Shown: positions 54,461 through 64,000 of the stretch, one piece after another
Numbering within the stretch: the first letter of the stretch is position 1
Layout: each line of letters opens with the position of its first letter
Source: Octopus sinensis
Taxonomy: Eukaryota
NCBI RefSeq assembly: GCF_006345805.1
Contig: NC_043013.1
Span: forward strand, 38,502,001 to 38,566,000
Direction: 5' to 3'
DNA: 64,000 bases
Notes under the pieces: model-generated
Databases searched by the model: none
What the model was told of the DNA's origin: nothing
What the model saw: only the letters and a program-made list of their open reading frames with translations
Position numbers and translations under genes: made by a program

Positions 54461-55156
54461 ATGGAAGATTTATAATAATTAAAAAAAGACATAGAAGAGA
54501 CATACATACATACATACATACATACATACATACATACATACATACATACATACATACATACATACATACATACATACATACATTCATACATACAAAAACT
54601 CAACCACATATTTACAAACACCGGAAAGGTTTTTACTGAAAAATCCTCGTCATTTTGTTGGCGACTGGCTTAAACACTTCTCAGAACTGAAATAAAGCTC
54701 AAAGGAAAGCATACAAACATAGATACTTGGATCTGAATCTGTGCGCGTGTGTGTGTGTGTGTGTGTGTGTGTGCCTGTATTGTACACGCGCGTATGCATG
54801 GGTTTAATGTGCAAGTAAAGAGCAATTTAAAAAAAAAAACACAGTAGTAAAATGTCTGAAAATAAAGTATAAGATTAGAGCTGTAGGGGAAAGAGAAAGT
54901 ACCTTCGTCTTATGGATATTGGTATATCATTGTAAAAAGGCAGATCTAAGAATAGATGGATTGAGGTAGAGAGATAATCATTAAAAGCCCCAAAATGAAC
55001 CAACTGTGAGAAACTAGGTAAGACTGATTTATGGTGAAGTTAGAAAACACAGAAGGTGCGGTTGCGAACACTTAATCATAAGAACGAAACTGTGTCAGGA
55101 AAATGACATTATGGTGAGTGGTTACTGGGTGAGATTAGTGCTTCTATATGTACGAG

Positions 55157-55378
55157 CTGGCAGTCACGTTAGCGCGCCGGGCGAAATGCTTAGCGGTATT
55201 TCGTCTGTCGTTACGTTCTGAGTTCAAATTCCGCCGAGGTCAACTTTGCCTTTCATCCTTTCGGGGTCGATAAATACAGTACCAGTTTCGCACTGGATGC
55301 GATATAATCGTCTCAATCCCTTCGTCTGTCCTTGTTTGTCCCCCTCTATGTTTAGCCCTTTGTGGGCAGTAAAGAAAT
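55157..55378 (+). mobile_element. SINE monomer (head plus one body; same family as the arrays)
   Basis: GAGCTGGCAG..GTTAGCGCGCCGGGCGAAATGCTTAGCGGTATTTCGTC..GTGGGCAGTAAAGAAATA. Confidence 0.88.
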
Positions 55379-55937
55379 ATATATGTACAAAAGTGTGCTT
55401 TGGACAACGATGACTTGGGGTATTGAGTGTGTGCATGATCTTTAAAGTGGGTGGGGGGGCATGTGAAATGGCTGGGATTATGTGGAAGTTGTTATTGATG
55501 CGCGTACAACTATGTAACAAAAGTACATATCGGTAGAAGAACGGTTTTTAACAAGACGAGATGGTTTAAATGAAATTTGAACAAAAAAATGGGAAGATGT
55601 ATGAATACTGTGAAGAGAATAACAGTCAGACTGGCTCACACATACATACATACATACATACATACATACATACATACATACATACATACATACATGCATA
55701 CATACTTGCATGTATGCATGCATACACACATACATATGTACATATATACATACCATACGCATATATACGTACAGAGACATACCTTAGATAAGTATATTTA
55801 TACAAAGATACATACACACATCTATATAAATACATATATATATACATGCATACATATAAATACATATATATATATATATATATACATATATATATTCATA
55901 TACATAAATATATTCATATATATATGTAGATATGTGC

Positions 55938-55979
<42 letters not shown>

Positions 55980-56649
55980 TTGTGTATACATACTTACGTA
56001 TAGACCTGTATGGATACTTACTTTTTTATACATGCTTTCATACAGATATAGCTTACTAAGTTTAACGATCTTAGCATGTGTCGATGATTCGTGTTTAGAT
56101 GTTTATTTTCATAACAAGACACCATGTAGATTGATGTTGCTGTGGTTTGTTTTGTGCGTATATTTTTTTCGGTAAAAATATCCACGTTTCTAATTAGTTT
56201 GTCTAATGAATTTAGCATCTATATCAATTTACCCATTGTCTTTAAAAGAGTGAGGTCAAATTGACGTAATTCTCCGTTCAGAAAGCCACGATTGTGTTGA
56301 ATGTCACTAATTTTTTGCGTTTCCTTGGTGGAAACGACAAGCTAACTAAAGATAATAATACGAAACAAAAATAATAATAATTAGAAACAGAAACAAAAAA
56401 GTATTAACAATATTAATAATAACTAGAATAATATAAATAATAATAGCAAAATAAAAAAAAATACGAAGATTATTTTGAAAATGTCTTTGCTTTTGACATA
56501 AGCAACAACGGATGTAATTAGTAACTTGACTCTTAAATAAGTTGTATTTCAATTTTCGACATCAGCAGTTATTTCTAGTGACGAAAAACTGCACCATTGA
56601 AGACAGAAATTTCAAAACTGAATATCTATCGCTCCTCTGTACATGCCTG

Positions 56650-57010
56650 TTTTTTTCCCTCTCTCGATCTCTCCCTATCTGCCTGTCCATCTGTCTGTCT
56701 GTGTATCTGTCTGTTTGTCTATCTGTCTGTCTGTGTATCTGTCTGTTTGTCTATCTGTCTGTCTGTCTATCTCTCTGTTTGTCTCTCTAGCTGTCTGTCT
56801 ATCTGTCTGTCTGTCTATCTGTCTAATTGTCTGTCTATCTGTCTGTCTGTCTATCTGTCTGTCTGTCTATCTGTCTGTCTGTCTATCTCCCTGTCTATCT
56901 CCCTGTCTGATTTCTGTCTGTCAGTCTATCTGTCTATATGTCTGTCTTTCTGTCTGGCTATCTCTCTGTCTTTCTCTCAGTCTATCTCTCAGTCTGTTTG
57001 TCTGTCTGTC
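56650..57010. repeat. (TCTG/TCTA)n compound tetranucleotide repeat
   Basis: Direct repeats; source of the LSVCLS ORFs. Confidence 0.95.
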
Positions 57011-57409
57011 TATCTTCCTCTCTTTGTGTGCCTGTATGTCACGCTGTGTGTTTGTGCTTGCATTCATGACAGCGTGTGTGTTGTGCGCATTGAATGATGA
57101 ATGAATGTCAAGGATCAGTAGCTGTTTATTTCCGTAGTGTGCGTGTATTTGTGTGCCACCGGGGCCGCCAGAGAGAGCAATTGAAACTATCCAGCTACTC
57201 AACTGCCTGTCGAGGGTTGTAAGTGTGACGATTGGAAGATCAAATACACATAAGTCAGTTATGGGACGGGATTCCATACACATGGTCACAAATTACACTA
57301 GATTCTACAACTAAGGGGCGGATCTACATGATACCAATTTGGTTCCACAGTTTTCTTAACTAGTTAATATACACTCACACAATTTGCACACACACAAACA
57401 CACACACAC

Positions 57410-57444
<35 letters not shown>

Positions 57445-57464
57445 ATACACACACATATATGTAA

Positions 57465-57595
57465 TCGCAGGCGTGGATGTGTGATAAGAATCTTACTTAG
57501 GTAAGTGTCTTCTACTACAACCTCGGGCTCACCAAATACTTGCGAGTGGATTTGGTAGAAGGAAATTGAAAGAAGCCCGTTGTATATATATTTGC

Positions 57596-57681
<86 letters not shown>

Positions 57682-57870
57682 CGCGTGTGTGTGTTTGTCC
57701 CGCCATCGCTGATGTCCCTGTGAGTTAGCGGTTTGCTAAAAGACTCATAGAATATGTACTGGCATGACAAACAATAAGTCCTGGGCTTGATTTCTTCGGC
57801 TGAAACTCCTTAAGGCGGTGCTCCAGCATGGCAGCAGTTAAATGACTGAAACAAATAAAAGAACAAAAGT
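57465..57870 (+). mobile_element. tRNA-derived SINE with deleted head
   Basis: Core and tail as 49833-50230. Confidence 0.82.
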
Positions 57871-57914
57871 ATAGCAGAATATATACATATATACACACAT
57901 ATATATATATATAT

Positions 57915-57948
<34 letters not shown>

Positions 57949-58085
57949 ATACATATATATATATAATATAAAGCAATAAGATTCAAGTTAATTTAAATGA
58001 ATTTACTTGAATATGGTACCTAACTTAGATGCACCAAAAAAAAACTATACTGTTTTAACAATACAGTAATGTGGGGTGATTATAA

Positions 58086-58465
58086 GCGAGAAAGAAGCAA
58101 CAAGAATGGATAGGTTTTTAGTACAATCGTTTCATACAAGGACAGGTTTTATTAAAAGTTGTAAAAATTACAGCATATAAACGTGTCGCGTACTCATCAG
58201 CTAAAATACATGTGAGTTCTCTAGACATCCTAGTGGTTGAGGCTATACTCATGAACTTTGGAAATCTGTTTATGTTACTTAATTATCTACATTACTTCAT
58301 GAGTATAGCCTCAACCACTAGGATGTCTAGAGAACTCACATGTATTTTAGCTGATGAGTACGGGACACGTTTACATGCTGTAATTTTTACAACTTTTAAT
58401 AAAGCCTGTCCTTGTATGAAACGATTGTACTAAAAACCTATCCATTCTTGTTGCTTCTTTCTCGC
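58086..58465. repeat. Near-perfect 380-bp foldback (170-bp arms, 40-nt loop) flanked by TATA
   Basis: Arms 58086-58255 and 58296-58465 differ at three positions by my count. Confidence 0.93.
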
Positions 58466-58508
<43 letters not shown>

Positions 58509-58688
58509 GAGATAAGGGGTGAGACACCAGTCAAGAAAGGGAGAGAGAGAGAGAGAGAGGGGGAAAGAGAAAGAGAATGACGGGCTGACAGACATATATA
58601 CATGTGTGTGTGTGCGCGCGTGTTATTTTCTTTGTTCTATGAGTCTGTTTGCTGATACAAGTGTGTGTGTATGTGTGTACACACACTC

Positions 58689-58744
<56 letters not shown>

Positions 58745-58785
58745 ATATATACTTATGTATATATATTTATGTATATATATATATA

Positions 58786-58833
<48 letters not shown>

Positions 58834-59408
58834 GTATACGTATATGTGTGTAGAAGATATATTTGTATTGTTTTATTTCACTTTACTTTATTTTATTTTT
58901 ATTTAAAAGAAACGTTTTTCTGAAGCCTTTGTTCTTATTTACAAACGTTTGATAGGTTGAAGAAAAAACTATATCGTTAATTGTCAAAACAAAGATTATT
59001 TACAAAAGCATTCGTAGTCAGGAATGTAAATATGAATAACCTCAGCTATGCATCAACGCCAACACCAATCTCAAAGTTATTGTAACGTGTGACTAAGTCA
59101 CTGCATCGCCCTCCCCTTCTTCTACCGCTACTCCACTGCAAATAAATAGTACCACTATCGCAGTTACAGACGTTTTTTTACTACATTTACAGACACAACA
59201 TAACTAGCGACGCAACAGCAATGCCAATCTGTAACCGTTATCGACACCCATGATTGGCTTACGATAGCACTAGTCCACCATTTCTTTCCATTAAATCACT
59301 ACGCTTCCTCCAGGTATCGATACAATTATCAATCGATACATTAGTCACTCATTTACATTTAACGCATTTCTGATACGGCAATATGACTGTATGGTTTCTG
59401 CAAATGTC

Positions 59409-59935
<527 letters not shown>

Positions 59936-60031
59936 TACATTTATCAGACGGGTAGTCGTGAATGGTATACTGGGCTTCGTATATTTACCCCAGTGTCACT
60001 TTGGTGGCATGCACTGCTCTCTCACTCAATA

Positions 60032-60183
<152 letters not shown>

Positions 60184-60210
60184 AATAACAATAATAATGA
60201 TAATAATAAC

Positions 60211-60243
<33 letters not shown>

Positions 60244-60344
60244 AGTAATAATAACAATAATAATAGTCGTTTCTTCTATATGTACAAGCACTGAAAACTT
60301 GTGTGTGGGCTGGGGGCTTGTATGTGTGTGAGTGTATGTGTGTT

Positions 60345-60552
60345 TGGGAGGCTGGAGGCTAGTCGATTACATCGACCCGCCCCCAAGGGCTTAGCTAGTA
60401 CTATTCTATTGATTTAAAAAGGATGAACAGCGAAGTCGACCTCGGAGGAATTGAAATTCAGTGTGTAAAGACGAATGAAATGCAGCTACATATAAAGTCG
60501 GGCGAAATGCTGCTAAGCATTTTGCCCGGCATGCTAACGATTCTGCCAGCTT
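60345..60552 (-). mobile_element. Diverged SINE
   Basis: CTAGTCGATTACATCGACCC..GTCGACCTCGGAGGAATT..TTTTGCCCGGCATGCTAACGATTCTGCCAGCT. Confidence 0.75.
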
Positions 60553-60573
60553 AATAATAAAAGTATTAACAAT

Positions 60574-60632
<59 letters not shown>

Positions 60633-60879
60633 TAATAATAATAACAACATCAGCAACAAGAGCAATAATAATAATAATAATAACAACAACAATAATAATA
60701 ATAGGCTCTCGACGGCCAGAGATTTGTTGAAAACGTCGTCGCTCTTGCTCGTCACTAATCCCCTACAGAACGCCAAGGTCGAACTTTCATCGACTACATT
60801 GTTCACCGGACAGAGGGCTGTGATCGCTTTATGCTACAACAGTTATTAGGCGCTCTGTCTCGGTCTACGCTTGATCGTG

Positions 60880-61220
60880 GATCGCAGCCCCATCAATGAA
60901 GCGGTAAATTCTATTTGACAAATCTTGGCGGGGACAATGTTCACCGTCATTCCTCCAGGTTTGATTCAAGGATGTACCAGTAAAGCCTTCGTGTTTGATA
61001 CAATTCACTGTATCCCCAAAATGAATTGAAATACTAGGCAGGTGAACCGTTAGAGTCACGAAGCGAAGTTTTCTGTTCTCTTTTGAGATTCACAAAAGAA
61101 GTTTGTCACTATGATATCTGTTCAGTATTTATCACCTCCATAATAGTTTTCTATCAAAATTGCTCTATTTCATTTGAATCATAGAGACTTTCATCGACAC
61201 ACATTCCATCTGACAAATAG
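60880..61220 (+). repeat. Old repeat copy with decayed SINE core, paralogous to 62700-63030
   Basis: Shared TCCTCCAGGTTTGAT, GTACCAGT, GTTAGAGTCA.GAAG, TCACTATGAT, CTATTTCATTTGAAT and CATCGACACACA.TCCATCT. Confidence 0.65.
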
Positions 61221-62020
61221 CGACCGCATCTGTCCATCGTCAAGAGTCGGAACAAACACACAAGGCATTTTATGCGACGCTGTAGCGATTCTACCAAACC
61301 AACGCAGTGCTCTTTTTAATATTATTTCCTCATACGCGCAATGTTAGGAATTCTGAAGGTAGGGTGTTAGTTGATTACCACCTTACTTGACTCGTAGCTA
61401 ATTTTATCGATCCTGTAAGGGTGAGAGACATGGCTCACTCAGGTGGGATTTACAATCAGATCCGAAAGTTCCGCAACTGAGTGCCACAAAGAATTTCCTC
61501 TGACGCTCTAACGTTTCTGTTTTTCACTTCTTTCTAACATACACAAGTCCTGAAATTTAAGGAAACAAGGTAGTCGACTATATTGACGGAAGAAATTAGA
61601 TAAGTGCTTGAGTAAGGATCTTAGTTGATTATATTGACACAAGTACTTGTTCGTGAAAAGAAAGAAAGCAAATTTGATCTTGCCCGGAACTTAGATCGTA
61701 AATATCAGCAAGAAGTTGCCCCAACGCACGTTATCCAGCGTTCTAACAACTCATTAAGCAACAGTGCACCCAACAAACAAGAAGTCGCCAACGTGGCCGA
61801 TTGAACAGCTAAAATAGCAGGCAAATATTCCATATGTAAAATCGTATCGACTTCAGAATTATAGCGATCTATATACCCTGAAAAGATCAGGTTATCATAG
61901 CTCTGCCACCTTTTTTAACTATATCCTCCCTCATTAAAGGCAAGTATGACTTCAACAGAAGCTACCACCACCACCATCACCACCACCACAACCACCACCA
62001 TAACATTCCACCACCATCAC

Positions 62021-62051
<31 letters not shown>

Positions 62052-62289
62052 GCAGCTACTTTTAGGATAGATTGAAGCGGTTCGCATAGCTGCTACAAAA
62101 GTGACCATGAATTTGTCAGAAAACATCATCACGATCATCATTACTTTTTTTTTATTAGTCTTCAGTAGTTTTATTTTTATTATACTCTTTTATTACACCA
62201 CTGAGCTCAACTCTGTTGGTCTTGATTATGTACGCAATATATATATTTTATTCTTAAGTTTTGCATTTCCTATTTTATTGAATAATCTT

Positions 62290-62650
62290 TGAGAAGTATG
62301 TGTGCGGCGTATAGTTGTACTATTTTCTATATTTTCTCTCTTCCGAATATTTGAAGATCTTGTGATTTTATTCATGTATTAGTCTGCATATTTTTATTAA
62401 ATCATTCCCAAGGCATCTATGATTATATCAATCCTTTTTTTTCTATTTTCTGTCCTTTCATTCTGCTTGTCTGTTTCTAGATCTTTATATTTAATTAATA
62501 TCTCGATTTATCTCACAGATAGGTTATTGTATGTTGAGTCTGCTATGTCAATTAGGAAATATCTCCTCTCCTGGTAGTCATTACTAATAATATCCAGTAA
62601 AATATCCTTGGTCTACTTGACCATGTTAATTGAGGTTATCTTATAGCATG
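62290..62650 (-). pseudogene. Decayed R4/Dong-like restriction-like endonuclease fragment
   Basis: Minus strand LDIISNDYQERRYFLIDIA and KYKDLE..IIIDALGMI, matching the PD..D/E..KY..L..IGALG layout; overlaps the motif at 5944-6100. Confidence 0.55.
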
Positions 62651-62699
62651 TTCGCTTTGTCATTCTTTGTGACTTATGGCCGAGATAGAGGCGCTGGTC

Positions 62700-63030
62700 T
62701 GCAATATGCGTACTGGTTCTATACGTTCTGATACCAAATTTTGCTGAGATCAAATTTACCACTTTTTCCTCCAGGTTTGATACAGTAAAGTACCAGTCAA
62801 GCAGTTCCACTGTTCACTGGATTCTCAAAGCGAATTGTAATATTAGTTTGGCGAACGGTTAGAGTCAAGAAGTAAAACTTTCTGCAGTGTCTTTTTCGAG
62901 ACTTGCAGAAAAAAAATATCACTATGATCTCTCTTCAGCACTTAACGCTTACTTAAATTTTTCTTTCAAAGGTTTTCTATCTATTTCATTTGAATTGTAG
63001 AAGCTTCCATCGACACACACTCCATCTACT
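62700..63030 (+). repeat. Old repeat copy with decayed SINE core, paralogous to 60880-61220
   Basis: Same shared blocks as listed for 60880-61220. Confidence 0.65.
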
Positions 63031-64000
63031 CTGTCATAGAGTATGACTCAGTTATGAAATCATAGATCTTTCTCTGTACATAGTTACCAACAGGCTGTTT
63101 CTAACTAAATATGCATTCTTAGTTAGAAGAAAACACCTTTCATGACCCTCAAATATTCTGGAAGTCAACATTAAACTTATCCTTTTAAACACTTCATGTG
63201 AGAATGGAACATTGGCTTTTTATAACACCTTTTTATAACACGGCAAATCATCTTTATTGTCTCTCTTTAACAATGGCACCTAGACAGTTTTTGTAGGAAC
63301 AATTATTGCGCAAATAATTCCTTACTATTGTTTACATACTTTCACAACCAGCTCTGCTCCAATAGCATACTCAGAGAAGGGCATTGTAATTTGCTGTACT
63401 GTACAGTACCTCCTTAAAGAGTTACTTGCAAAACTCTTGGTAAAATTTTGCCTATACTCAGTCATGTGGGTAAACACAATTTATGGATTAGTCAGAACTG
63501 TCCCAAAGAGAACTACAGAAACAAGAAACGCATCACCCTCACACTGCTGGTAATACCCTTGTCAAGCCTAATTAAAAGTTAGATTCATGTACTGCTCCTA
63601 TATATACATTGTCAATGTAATCACAAACAGAAATATTCAATCAAACTGCTCCTACTGTCTCTATTTCCCCTCAGTAAATCTTTCATCTTTTACGGCTGCC
63701 TGTATTGTTTTATGTCTTATAATTGCTACGGTTTTTCGTGTCTGGGTTCACATAATGGGGAGTCAAATTTGCCGTTCATCATTTAGAAGCCAATAAATAA
63801 AATTCCCGTCAAAAATTATGTATTTCGAGTGAATTGAGTTAGAATTTTAGAGTTTTGGGATATGAATCCGGCCTCTTTTATTATGATATCAAGTTCTGCC
63901 AAGGTACCAATTGAATACCAGGCATGAAATCAGAAAACCAAAACTGACCTGCCAAGTGTTGTAGACATAGAAACGGTAAAAATAATTCGGCGATGGAATG

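Noticed and set aside
58345-58380. CTGATGAGTACG(G/C)GACACGTTT as a hammerhead in the foldback arms
   Set aside because: GACAC replaces GAAAC in both arms, and stem I needs a 6-nt bulge next to the core; not called a ribozyme.
63330-63560. Open frames on both strands with splice-like signals
   Set aside because: Strand and frame cannot be resolved, and the best minus-strand acceptor is followed by stops in all frames.

Overview
AT-rich, repeat-saturated eukaryotic DNA with no host gene I can confidently identify. The SINE families and microsatellite load resemble octopus (coleoid cephalopod) genomes; this is recalled resemblance, not a database result. Contents: (TA)n/(CA)n/(AAT)n/(GATA)n microsatellites, which generate most of the ORF track; many tRNA-derived SINEs, three of them head-plus-tandem-body arrays; fragments of Tc1, mariner and maT-like DNA transposons; CR1-like, RTE, Tx1-like and R4/Dong-like LINE fragments; two Helentron-type non-autonomous elements; four short foldback elements; and a 100-N gap. 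The main structure is a ~6 kb head-to-head palindrome (43747-49769) of a Neptune-type Penelope-like retroelement (RT plus C-terminal GIY-YIG). Each arm ends in a minimal hammerhead ribozyme with a U3:A8 core in place of C3:G8. A second, decayed Penelope-like element carries an A3:U8 hammerhead-like motif (53514-53556), and further hammerhead-like motifs lie at 11.8 kb and 26.4-26.8 kb. All calls are by eye from the sequence and need computational confirmation.
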